64,000 nt of DNA from Raillietiella orientalis. Lineage: Eukaryota. The stretch spans positions 3,224,001 through 3,288,000 of the forward strand of contig JAYWIR010000014.1 in the NCBI GenBank assembly GCA_036172245.1. The letters are read 5' to 3'. Position 1 is the stretch's first letter. Each line of letters opens with the position of its first letter. The translations under genes and the position numbers were made by a program. Of the stretch, positions 51,551 to 64,000 are shown piece by piece. The notes beneath the pieces were generated by a model. That model worked only from the letters and a program-made list of their open reading frames with translations, searched no databases and was not told the DNA's origin.

Positions 51551-54500
51551 CCACCCCAATTTGTATGCATGTGTACATGGATACACACACATCCATAAAT
51601 ACGAGTATATATACAAACCAACTTTGCGACAAATGTACTTATGTAATAAACACTTTGACGCTTTTTTTTTTCTTCTTTAACGTCGCTCTAAAAAGAATGA
51701 ACCATTTTTTTTTCCGCTTGAACGTTATGGAGAAATTAAGGAGAGAAAGGCTTAATGAAGGGCTTCTGAGGTCGCGCCAGACGGGAATTTCGCCGAAAAC
51801 GCTGGATTCCACGAACCCAAGTGTTTGGATAATGATCGGAATGAAATCAATGGAAGGAAGCATCTGATGAATGCCGTGATTCCTACACGCAGAAAGTAAA
51901 TCACACAGGGCGACACGGGCAGCACCCGAGAGATTCGAGGAATCCCGAGCTCCCGAGTGCTGAACGTGAAATTCACGAAACCCTAGCAACCCCAGTGAGT
52001 TCGAGTCGCTTTGTGGCCAAAATTCGAAAGAACAGTTTCTTTCGATTTGCTTTGTCAGTGACCACACGGTGCTCAAACGAATAACCGACTTCTTGGATGT
52101 TTCACCCAAAGTACCACCACTTTTCGGTCAAGAACCGCGTCTGCCCCCCGATGATCGCTGAAGACTTTGAAAGCATGCTGGGGTTCAGGTAAAGTGTGAA
52201 GCTCGGATGCTGTGATCTCGTTCGCAAGCTCGTGCTCCGAGAAGCGTCGGTCACCATAATCACCAGGCTCACTGCTGTGGATCTCCTTGTTCTCCCTGCT
52301 TCTTTCCAGGGAAAGGCCGCCGTCTCGACGGTAATGCTTCTCTCTTTACTCGCTCGACAAGGACCTTCCTCCATGCTGCTTTCATTCGAATTCAGAAAAC
52401 TCCTTTCGACGCACTCGAGGACTGGCCATCTGCAAAGCACATGCAACGACATACAACACGATGGAACTGCCAGAACAAACTCCGTCTACTCCTCCTGGTT
52501 TTCCAGAAATCGGCCGTGACTGATAAACGCGCTCCAATGAAGAGGAGCATCGTATCTTCATGACCGCTCCCATTTTTATACCGAATGTTGCCTGACGTTT
52601 ATGTGACAGATCTTTCCTATGTTTGCTCACTTTTTTTTTTTTCTTCTTCTTCTTCTTCCTTTCCTCGACCACCTTATTTTGCCTTCGCACTCAAGCGCAT
52701 CACCAATCGAATCAGAACGTGGCTGGCAGCAGCATTCCTGATAGGGAATGACATTCCGTATGAATGGGTCGATGCAGTAAGCGAACGGAGCCAAACTCAC
52801 CATACTCTCTACTGCATTTAGAAGCGTTTCTCCTTCAGACCTACATGAGTTTCTCCCCCTCCCCCACATAAATCCATGGGGCTTCCTGCACTCTGGCAGT
52901 GATCCTAGCACCTGAGGTAGCGAAAACGATTGCCCTGAAGACAGTGCCTTAGCTCCCCACTCCCTAACTCTGAATTTTTTATAACTCTAAATTGATTGCT
53001 TCGAACCTCTGGGAGCCGTTTCGAATCAACAGCAAAAACAAATCGCCTGCTCCACGAAGTTACCCCTCTCTTTGAGGACCCAATTCCTCCTTTCTGCGCT
53101 GCCTCCCGCGAGTTCCCTGTTAGGCGAAATTTTCCGGATTCCAAAAGGAACGATTCCATACCAAGAACTGCTTATTTATGTACCGTCAGGACTAATATGC
53201 TTGCACTGGATCCTGCGAAAAAGTGACCGCTTTCGCGTACAGAATGTCGTGGGGCAACTTGTTTCGATGGGGCAATAGGTCTGCGCGCAGACCGCGTTCC
53301 GCAGCAAGGGAACACACGCGAGGTTAGCGTGCTGAGAAGGATGGATCCCTCTTCGTGGAGAGCTTCTTCAATCCACGACCGTGGATAATGAAGTTAAGAG
53401 CGACAAAAATTTGTAGTCAGGTGGCTCACCCAAGCCACGGAAGTGAAAATGTAGCAAAGAACAAACCGGCGCACCACTAGCAAGTCAGCTTTTTCCTAGC
53501 TTAAGCTCCTTCCCCAAATGAAATGGAGCCCACGGACCGGTCAGAGATGCAATCTTTTTTTATAAAAAAAAAAAAAAAAAAAAAAACCTCAAAGTGATTA
53601 GATGAAATCCAATGCAATTTAACAGGGCGACGTCGATGACTGACTTTCGAGCTATCGATCAATTAATCCAGTCTGAGCAATGGGGCGTGGTGAGGCTAAT
53701 GAATCCTGGACAGAGGCTTCACGATGGTGCCGACGTTTATTTGCACATGAGAACTTTCCTTAGATATTGCCGTCAGAAAGCACTTTGCTCCAGCCATGCC
53801 TTACACAGACTGCAGGACCGAAAAAAAAATCTTCATCTGGAATATTTATTCCCCGAAAGAGCAGCTGCAGAGTGAATCCACAGGGAATGTCCAAGCAACT
53901 GGTGAATTGGCTAACTTTCTGCATGAGATGTAATGATCGTTGTTCTGATTCACTATTTGAAAAGATATCTGATAAGATTCGTAGCTGTTAGGCTGATACT
54001 CAGCATTTCAGGCAGTCACTTGGAGCCGTTACTGGCGCGCGCAGCAACTCCTCTTGCATACAAATGGCTGCGAAAGCGTACGTCATATCGCAAGGAAAAA
54101 AACAAAAAAAAAAAAAGAGCTCTTTACCACTTTTTCATTTTCGTGATTTGCCCGCTTATCATAAAGGGAAGAACAGCGTGCAAAAAACTGCCAATTCGTT
54201 TCCCCCCCCCCCCCGCAAATTCATCGAGCGTCAGTGTTCGACTACGCAGGAAAATGAAATCACAGTGGAAGGCATCCATCAAACGCTGGGGAATTCTTTT
54301 CCGGGAAAAATTTTCCCTGAGATTCGAGTTCTTGAGAAATTCATTCCCAATAACTATTCTGCACCTTCGGAACGTCATTTTTCATTTTCGCTGCTGAAAA
54401 TTGCATCAATCCCTCTTCCAACACCAACAAAAAAGTCCCGCCTCCCTCAGATGTTGAGCTCGTTTAGAGTCTCACGTCTCAGTCCCTCAGCCTTCATTGC

Positions 54501-57500
54501 AGACGACGTATCTTAACATCCCTTCCGCGCATCCTACGCCTCCGAAATCCGGAATTCCATTCTCCTCTTCAGATGATCTCCCTTGGTACTCCAAATAACT
54601 CACAATGTGCCAAGAACATTCCTCTTGCTTTGCAAACAGTTTATTATGATCACAATCCTTGAATTTGTCGTGATGCCTGCATCAAGGTGTTGGCCGAAAT
54701 ACTAAGATTCGGGCGAAACTGCGGCGTTTCATGCCGACTCGGACAAAAAACTTGTGCTTCCATTCCTTCACTTTTGATCCATGAAAATCTGGAAGCTGAG
54801 CTCTTGTTCGGTGAACTCTGTGATCGTTTATAGCCCTTCATAAGCTGCTGGTGTTACGATGGTATCAATTTTCCTTTTCTAGAATACATACTTACTTGGA
54901 CACTCATTGAAACTCAGTGCTTTGCACTAAACACGAATTTTTGTACGCGACATATCAGCTGATATGGACCGAATCAACCGCTTCTGTGAAATGCTTCACG
55001 GGATCCCATGTCGGACACAACAAAAACCAGTGACAGCACACACACACACACGCACACTGGTTTGGACACGCAAGTACACGATGCACAGTTACTTCCAGTC
55101 TGACCATGTAAGCTTAACCACTGCGAACTGCTTCCAGGATGAAGATCTACACGTTTTTATCTAAGCTGTGACCATGAATGATCTAATCTATGGAAAGCAA
55201 CGTCCCTCAATTCCTCTGCACACGTTACAAGGCACAAGAAACATCCAGATGCATTCTCAAAACACGCATTGCTCTCTTGTCGAACTGAATCGCATCTCGT
55301 AACACGGAATATTCTGGAAACTAGAATCATGTTCTGTATTTCAAACGCCAACTCAGCAAAATCCGTAGTTGGGCTTGGAACACGGCCGTGGTTCTGTGAC
55401 ACCGTTCTGCCGAAAAGTTTGCACATGCTTTCCTTATTCCTGGACTTTGTACGTACACAGCGGTATCCTGTCCACTCCCATTTTTTTCGTTTTTCCTAGA
55501 CGTGCAACTGCCATTACTTGAAGTGCTTCTACAAATTACATTCATATACTCTGACCACTGGGATTCCAAGAGTTTAGCACCTTCTACGAACGCCCTCCTC
55601 GTTGCCAAATATCAAAAAAGGTGGTGCTTGTCCTAATTCCTCCTTTCTTTCTGCACGTATCGTATTCGTTCAAATCAAATACTGAGGAATAGACAATAGA
55701 TAGTAGTGGTAGCATGTGAGGCCAGCAAGACTTGTCTTCAGACAATGATAACTTGGGTCTCGAAGACCTTGGAACGGAATGAATCAAATGGAATTTTTCT
55801 CTGCCCCAATCTTCCAAATACTAATGGGATATTTCGAGATGTTTTCGGAACCAACCAGTGTCGACAATCTCCTCCTTTATATTCTTCTTCTCGGTTTGCT
55901 TGACCTGAGCCTGTTATTTCCTTCATTTCTGCAACGAATCGTAAGTTTTATCCCATCCTTCGTGAAATGGTCTTCTCATCACGCCGTTTCCTAAGCAACG
56001 TCTTGAACATTCACCCGTGAAGATGCCCACGGTCTCGGGAAATTCATGGAAACAGATTTCCCTATCGAGGATTTTCAACGACATCGCTGTAAATTTCTTA
56101 AAGAAGTCATTCACATAATTCTCATTCCTGGAGCAATTAACTCAGATATTCCATTTGACGCGACTGGTGATCTAATGATCCTCACGGAATGAGATTTTAC
56201 AAACTACGAAATGTTTAGATGCTGAATTTTTCGAACTCACGATATTACAGATTCCTCATCTTTCGGTTTTCATTTTCCATCATTTTCCTCTTCATCTGCA
56301 TCCAACAGGTTTTTCGTCGTGAATGTCCGCCTCGATCCCGGTTTCGCATCGGAGTTTTCCCATTTTCTCATTCCTAGGCTCTAAAAAAACATCCACGGCA
56401 ATCTGTTATTCAGGTTTGGATAGGAAAACATTCAAAGCCAGTTTCCATTCCATTTTGTTCCTTCTCATCTAGCTGATGCTGGACACCCTGTCAGTTGTCA
56501 GAAGCAGAGGAGTCTGCGAGTGCTTCCTTTGCGATTCCGAGATGAGAAACCTTCCTCTCCACGGGAATCTTGAGCTTTTGACTTGCTCGACGTGGGAAAA
56601 CCGTCGAACCGACGAACCGTTGCAGATTTTTTCACATTTCATGGAGACAATCAAGAAATTTTCATTTCGACTCCTAAAATGGTACAGGTGTGTGTGCTTG
56701 GGAGAAAGAAAGAAAACGTAGGCATACGTCAACAGGCTCCTCTTCAAGGGTAGGCAATTTGTTTGAGTTACCGTTTGACAAAGAAAGGAAATAGAGCTTT
56801 TAAAAAAACCAAACATATCAAGGGCGTGCCACACAACTTCCTGAGTTGCGCAATCAGCATTCACAAACGCACTGCAATTTCTCAGCTGTAATTATCGTCA
56901 TCATGATCAGTAATTTGCAGGATGACACTTGAACAAAGTTCATACCTGAAAGGATCGCCCCGATGCACCGAAACTCACGTATGCAAATTCACAGGGGGCA
57001 GCACCTGAAAAAGGAAAAAAAAAAAATTCATTCACGAAGTCCCTATGAATTAAACATTGAATTAATGCTCATGAATTAAATTCTTGTGGACTGCACTATC
57101 TTGTAGCGACACGTGGATGCAGAATTCGATCTCTCTCAAAATTCAAAGCAGCCGCTCCCTTGAAGGCGCGAAAAGCGTCAAGCATGCCTATGGGAAAAGA
57201 CAACCCCAGAAGGCGAAGAAACAAGAGTAGCGGCAAATGGATGAGGATTATACGTATAAAAGAAGAACACATGTAGGCGATAGAAAACAACAAGATTTTC
57301 AACTGGTGTTGCTATCTGCTTTTGGAAATCGAAACGCTTGTGCGCGCGCATTCTTAATGGTTCCTTATACCGAAATCAACCAACGTTGGGAGCAAAATCT
57401 CAAGAACGCCGTTTGCACAAATTATCTGGAAGTGTTCTCGGTGTTTTATTAGCTCCAGACACGGAAAAGAATCGGAGAAACCCATTTCAGCAGCACGTGA

Positions 57501-60500
57501 AGCACTTATCTTTCGCGAAAAATCGGCACGACGAGCACACCGCACGTCAGAAAAGGAATCCTTTGCAGTGTGCAGAATCACACAAGTACATCCACGTGCC
57601 ATCAACATAGGCACTGGTGGCCATACATGTCCGGAGCGGTGGCCAGATCGCATGATCACAACCGGTCCATGAATACCTGCGGCAGTACCACTGTACGAGG
57701 CAGTTCCTCAACGTGGGTAGGTAGGCATCCGAATGCACCACCGCCATTCTGTGGAAGGCTACGATGCTTCTCAAATATTGCTGAATCAACTTGAGCGACA
57801 GTTCCGAAATTGCTTTCGAAATTGGTCGCTGATTCTATACTCACAAGACCTTGGAAGAATCTGGACACTTGGTTACTGCGCAACTGCACTCCCGAACATG
57901 CAAATGATAAAGCGTTTCTAAACGTATTCCGAGGTTCACCTATTCATTCTTATTCAACTATTCCGTGAACACGATGAATTTTTCTTTTAATTGATTTCTT
58001 CGCAAATGTGGGGGTCTGTCTTTAGCGGTGTTCCACCATGTCTTGCTAGAAGCTTTTGGTGCTGCTACCTTGCATTGCGTTTTTTTGTTCTAGGACAGCA
58101 TTTCGGCATCTTCTGTGGGCTTCATCTCACCCGATGATTATCGTCTTCGACGCGGATTTTCACAACTTGGGCGTTGACCACACTTATCTGCATGCCCGCT
58201 GCTGGGATTTTCGTTGACCAAGGTCGAGCATCCTTTTCATTCCTCTCGTCCTCGATTCGGAGAGCGAAAGTCGGATGCTGGCGTCAAAACTTCCTTTTCT
58301 TGCCAGTTCCGGGAGCATTTAACATCCCTACTTCAAACATTCGTTTGTGGAATCATTCCTATTTGGGTGAAAAACGCTCTGTTTGAAACAGCTAAGCTCC
58401 CACATCCCAATTCTCGGTTTCGTCTAAAGAAACCATCTTCAGAATTCCCGAGTCGCATGCCAAAAAGGAAAATCTTGGAAGAACTTTGAAAAGTCGCGTT
58501 GCTCGTGCAGATGAAAAGGTGAAAATCCCATTTTCTAACGAAATGAAATACATGGGAAGACGATCAATGGTCGGCACGGTCCACATCAAGACTGGGAGGA
58601 ACAATAGCCAAATGAGCAAGACGTCACTTGAAAAAACTCGCGGAGGCAAACCGTACACGCGTGCAAAGAAGGCAAAAAACAAAACTGCAAAGAGAACAAT
58701 TGGAATTTTCCAGATCCCAAGGATTTCCGAGCGTGAGCAGCTGCGTTGGCATGCTGTTTGCTCCTCTCTTTTGGACCTCGCAATTGTCCTGATGAGGTCA
58801 AATCCCGAGCTCAAGTCTCACCGTGCACTTTCGAAAAGCCGGCATCCTAAAATAATAGATAGCTTCGGATGGCATTAAATTACGTGTGCTGTTTATTTCT
58901 TGTACTTGTACAAAAAAAAAAAAACAAAACAGGCTATGTGTGAGTTATGCATTTCCTTCGTACATGTGTGTGTACGCACGTACTATCCAAACATTGCAAA
59001 CGCGGAGCAATACGCTAAAAGAAACTGTATGCATTGTGGTGCATTTCTCCTAACAGGCAGGATCATCCTAGACCTATATTTTGAGGCGTTACTATCATAC
59101 TCGAACTATTTGTACCAATCACGTACTGCGTGGACTCCTCTATTCATCTAGGCAAACACATCACTGGAAACGCACACGTTAAATGGGGGGAGCATGTGCT
59201 CTCCTGTAGCACCGAGAACCACAGACTGAGGAAATTTTCGACGGAACGATGGGAAGGAACTTTTATGATTTTCCATTCCATGATTAAACTTCCAACGAAG
59301 AAAAAATCCAGGAATGTCTCCCACTATTCCTTCTTGTTCCGAAGGGGCACGATCTTCAAAAGGTACGGGAACGTGACCCAAACGACGCAGGCTTTTCGTG
59401 AATTCAATACTTACCTAGCTGGAAAGCTGGATGAGCATTTTGGAAGGCGAAACAGTGAGAGTGTTTCCAGAGAAGAACGGTGAGGGGTCTTTGGCAAGTG
59501 TCTCGAAGAATTCATTACGGAAATAACTCTCGCCCCAGAATCAAATCCGTGGCAACTTTCACATTGTCTCACAAACGAGGAAATTTCAGAAGGTCGGGAT
59601 GCTTGAAAAAACCATTTCCATTACGTGCCACACGCTTTCCTCCTCTGCTGCTTCCCAGTGCGCAAGAGTTTTCTCGGATTCGTCATTTTTTTGATTTTGC
59701 TCTTTTTCGCAACACACCACTTCTGGCGCGAGCAGCTGTCATCAGTTCTGCTTTCCGGCGATGCCTCCGTGCACCTCAACGTGCACCGTCTTGACCACGT
59801 ACACTCTCCCCGAGTATTTTTGATCAGTCCATTAAGGCAGAGTGAAAATTTTCCTTCCCCCGATTCATCGTCTTGTCCACTAGCCTGTAATTTACTCACG
59901 ATGCTCCAGGATGCAGTCGAGGGGCTCGGCTTCTCCGAAAGCTCCGGTTCGGAATAGGGATCAAAGCCGCACGGAACCCCCTGGATCGGTTGGAATGGCT
60001 TTGCACGTTACGCGTTCGCTTCCGCGTGCTGCATGAACGCTCGCCTCAAAGAAGCTGGATGGCTTTGGAGAATTCGAAATAACCGGGGTTCCTCCCGTAG
60101 TGTTCAACCAGCATTCCGAAGATGCAAATGCGTCGGAAAAGAGGAATTCGCTCGCGATGAAAATTTGCGTCAATCGCGGCAACCTTCTTGGTGCCTCAGA
60201 ACGTCCTCGGGACACGCACTTCTAACCGAACTTTGGTCGCGCGCGCGCGCATCGATTCCGTTGGCAAGCTGCTACAGAGCATCGTCATGACTCCGGATGT
60301 CAAAAAGTGTCCTTTCTCCCTCAACGAAAAAGAATGACGATAAGGGATCATTTCAAGTGTCCGGAACAAGTCTATAGCAAAAACAAGAGAGGTGGAACAG
60401 TGCAAACCTCTAAATCGGAAAATCTCTAAAAGTCCCACACTTTTCCTTTACTCTGAAAGTCCCATCAGCTGATTGGCTATTGTTTCTCGGCCTTCCTTGG

Positions 60501-62211
60501 CATGCTCTTCGTCAGGCGTCATTTCGCACTTCCCGTTAGCAATGCTTTGCATTCATTCTGGTGGTGTACTTAAGAAAAGATACTTTGGTGCTATTCACTG
60601 TGGGCACTTCGACTTTCGCATGTTGACAGACGGGAGGCTTCTTCCTCCCGCCTGGGACATTGGACGTCAGAAATGCCATGCAATCTCACGATTGTGGCCT
60701 TGCAACTTTTTAAAATGTGCCACAGCGCGAGCGCGCCAGGAAAAAACCTGGGGAAACGATTGCTTTTGTGATCAGACAAAAATCACAAACAGAAAATGCA
60801 ACAGTTCTTGAATCTCGAGGTCTTCCAGCAGCCGGCGTAACAACAACAAGAACAAAAAGAAATGGACAGAGAGAGGAAGGGGGGGGAGAGAAAGAAGGGA
60901 CCTATAACGCAGTCTTCATGAAATCCAGCTGCACCCCTATTTCCAACAGGTGAACCACACATTTCAAATCTGCCAACCCATCACCTTTCTATAGAATTCT
61001 TCCTCAACACTTTTCATGATTTTGCTTGTAAGGTGTGGCTTTAGCAGCAACAACAACAGCCACATACTAATTCCAGAGATATCTGGGGCATAAGGCTGTC
61101 GGTGTACAAGAGAAATGTGAATCAATTTTTCCCGATTTCAAAATACATCCACTTCCAGAATCAAATTTTTTTCCTCCGCTTTTAGACTTCCGCAGTGACA
61201 TTTTGACAACAAATTTTGAAGAAGCTACTGAAACTCTCAGATCAGTCCGCATGCCATCAGTCAGAGAGTTGAAAACACCCAAGAAAACTGCCAGAGTGTT
61301 TACCTCGTAAATGGAAAGTGTATCGGGTCACCGGATCTGCTCGTTCGAATTGCTGCGGAGGAGAAGGCGAAAGAGGAACGATGATTGGGTTCAATAAGCT
61401 CGGTCAATTCACTACTGCAACCTCTGCATTCGAAGAGCATCACCAGTCACTGTGTAGTGACTTTCAGTTTTGCAATTTCGTTCGAACGGAGAGACGGAGA
61501 AGACTTCACCGTTCCGTCGAAACTACTCACAGCATCACCAACAGCTCAAAGGTGTCTCTCACGATGACACGTTTGAAAGCGAGGAACGTGGCAGCTGGGT
61601 ACTTTTGAGCAGAAAGGCGGACGAAAACACATCGTAAGCAGCCTATGGGAAGAAAAAGCAACAACGCACACCGTCACCGCATTGCCTGCAATGAAGTCAG
61701 CAGCCTCCTGGCTGCTGACTTCATTGATGATGGGAGAAACCAGTTTTCTCCGACAAAGGCACAAACTGTCCTCGTAAGCTCAAAGAAGCCCAAGAGCTAC
61801 ACAAACCTGTCCGTGGCAACGGGATTGCTGCCTCGAAGTATGTGTATTCGGAGTGGGAATCGTGCTTTCCCCTCAGTGAATCTCGGGAATACAGTGTAGA
61901 AGAATAACGATAATCAGCTAATCGAGAATTGACGGATGTTCCAACTCAGAAAGTTGACCGATAACTAAAACTATTGACTATTCGGATGCACCTGCGATGG
62001 AAGGGCGAGACTTGCATAAAAGTCTCACGCCGGTCACGCATCGAACAGCAGGAACAAGATGGAGTTCCACGGGAAATATTTGCATAAGAATCTACACGAC
62101 GAACTTTCGAGTCTTCAGAAGGCCTCGAGCTAACCGGGGGAGAAGAGAGGAAAGGGGAGAAGGGGTAAGCAGAACCCGAGTTCGCAAAAGCAATCGTCTA
62201 GACCACCGTTA

Positions 62212-62245
62212 GCTTCTCGGCCTTTTGGCTAAGATCAAAGTGTAG
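62212..62245 (+). pseudogene. U2: 3'-truncated U2 snRNA fragment (about nt 4-37) flanked by a 12-bp direct repeat
   Basis: GCTTCTCGGCCTTTTGGCTAAGATCAAAGTGTAG matches the conserved U2 5' end (stem-loop I up to the branch-point recognition sequence). The expected continuation TATCTGTTC is absent. TAGACCACCGTT occurs at 62199-62210 and 62243-62254. Confidence 0.9.
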
Positions 62246-64000
62246 ACCACCGTTTAAGTCAGAAAATGAAGATGACACGGAAACACTTGAAGGACCTGAC
62301 TGGCTTCCGACTCAAGGAAGAGCCTCACAGACAACCCCTAGATTTGCTCTGTCGTTCCTGCTGCATCCACAGACACTTTTCAGGTAAGCAACAACTTGGT
62401 GTAAGGAAACAAAAAATGCAAACTGCAAGATGAATCAACGCACATCTCGCCCCCCGTTTTTGTTTTGTTTCGACTTGACCATCCTCCCATGGCCATCTTT
62501 TCGCGACATTTAATCATACATCGCACAACATCCAACAAGCTAAATTTCTGCTTGCATGTTTGTTTCGAGGCTTCGCACCGAAACAAGTGCTTGCAGCAAC
62601 CCGCCTGTGGATGATTCTGTCGTGAGAACACTCACCCTTCCTGATACAGCAATTTCCATGGTTCTAATGGGATCGCATCGTACGTACACGTGCATCCATG
62701 CAATTGCACATCTTTTCGACGCACGAGAAGCAAAAAATCTTGACGCTCAGCTCCCAGCACAACGCCTTCCGGGACACAAGACTCGATCGGAGGAACAAGC
62801 AAGTGCAATCAATAACGAGTTGCTTTGGTGACGGTGAGGTTTGTCCGGATTCACGGAAATTCGAAACCCCGGATCGGATCCCAAGATCACGGCAGAGAAA
62901 GAGAGAGAGAGTGTTCCCCTTTCTTGTTCGATTTCAATTCCCTCGTTCCCTCCGAAGCCGCAGGAGCGAAGGTTGATCTTTAGGAGGCACGCGTGGATCC
63001 CATAGGGATACGTGAATTTTCTCCCCATCGCCTCCGAAACTTTGGTGCCAAAAAAAAAAAAAAAAATCCGTCAATGAAATCACTGCGATTCAGCTGGAGA
63101 GCGCATCGAGGGATGCCTACTTTTCTCTTTTGTGATGAGATGAGGACAGTAAAAAAGTAATCTCGAAGGGTGATAATAAAATGCCCACTTCGAGGAGACA
63201 CACACCGAATTGCTCCTAAGAGAACACACAAAAGGGATTGTCCTCCGTGCCTCTAGCCAACTGGAACAACAAAATCAGGGAGGCAAAGAGGGGAGCTTAG
63301 TACGAGCTGACACCAAAGCACGATGCTTGCTGAGCTCACCATCCGTGCTAGAGGTACCTTCAACTACGAAAAGTTTCCGAACCTTACCATAGCAGCCTGG
63401 CATGGTGAGCGCCTCGAAACCAGTGAGTGCTCCGCTCCCGGTGTTTCGTGAGCGACCGAAAGGGAAACCAAGGCGGTTATTGTCATGAGAACCAGGTGAA
63501 GGAGACCAACTCGTCATTCGGTCAAACGCACGGATGTCTTGCCTCCGCGAAGGTACGGATACCTCAACCGATTCGGACTCCACTCCAGCAGCTGCAGCCG
63601 ACAGGTCTACCCAGTCCGATGGAACAACAGCCGGAATCCTCCAAACATGCTTTCCAGTGTTTCGGTATCGCTCTACGATGGAGTGTGGACCACGCTGATT
63701 GGCAAGCAAACTTTTAAGAAGCTTCGACTCGAACAGGTTTGCGGAAGCCGCCGAAAGTACCAACTGGTTGCCCTTTCCCACTGTCCGTCCATTCTCAAAC
63801 AAGATAAATCACCAAGGCTACGAAGACTGTAAGTGCCGCTTGCAAGCTCTCTCTCGAATTTGCCGGGCGACATCGAAGTCCGAAACGCAAAACGGAAGGG
63901 AAGCGGAAGGGACCCCTTGTGGTGCACAAGTCGTTGCGCATCGATCAGAATTTACCAACCTATATGGGCACGAAAGCCCAGACTTCCTGAACATCGGCCG

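Noticed and set aside
53278..53293. Perfect 16-bp palindrome GGTCTGCGCGCAGACC
   Set aside because: About one such palindrome is expected by chance in 64 kb.
62212..62400. Functional U2 snRNA gene
   Set aside because: Similarity ends after about nt 37; stem-loop II, the Sm site and the 3' domains are absent.
1..64000. CRISPR array, tRNA or rRNA genes, intact transposase or reverse transcriptase
   Set aside because: No regularly spaced repeat-spacer array, cloverleaf or recognisable transposon ORF was seen; the DNA is intron-containing eukaryotic sequence.

Overview
Eukaryotic, arthropod-like genomic DNA with many very short introns, not a prokaryotic locus. Three protein-coding genes could be assembled by hand from splice signals and conserved protein motifs, all on the minus strand. 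(1) The 5' half of a groucho/TLE co-repressor gene (ATG 2834; Q, GP and CcN regions), running off the left edge. (2) A complete 8-exon SMG5/EST1B-like nonsense-mediated decay factor (6402->3679, about 804 aa). (3) A Na-K-Cl cotransporter of the SLC12A/NKCC family with 20 identified coding exons (42677->15543) and an uncertain first exon. The best finding is a tandemly duplicated 64-nt Q-domain exon in groucho. The two copies cannot both be included in frame, and the flanking introns carry complementary sequences that look like a selector/docking RNA-pairing switch. Other observations: two uORFs ending exactly at the SMG5 start codon, a CpG-depleted domain over the 5' part of SMG5, a GC-AG intron in the NKCC gene, and a 34-nt U2 snRNA 5' fragment flanked by a 12-bp direct repeat. 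I could not assign genes to 6.5-15 kb or to most of 43-64 kb. All family assignments come from motif recognition, not database searches.
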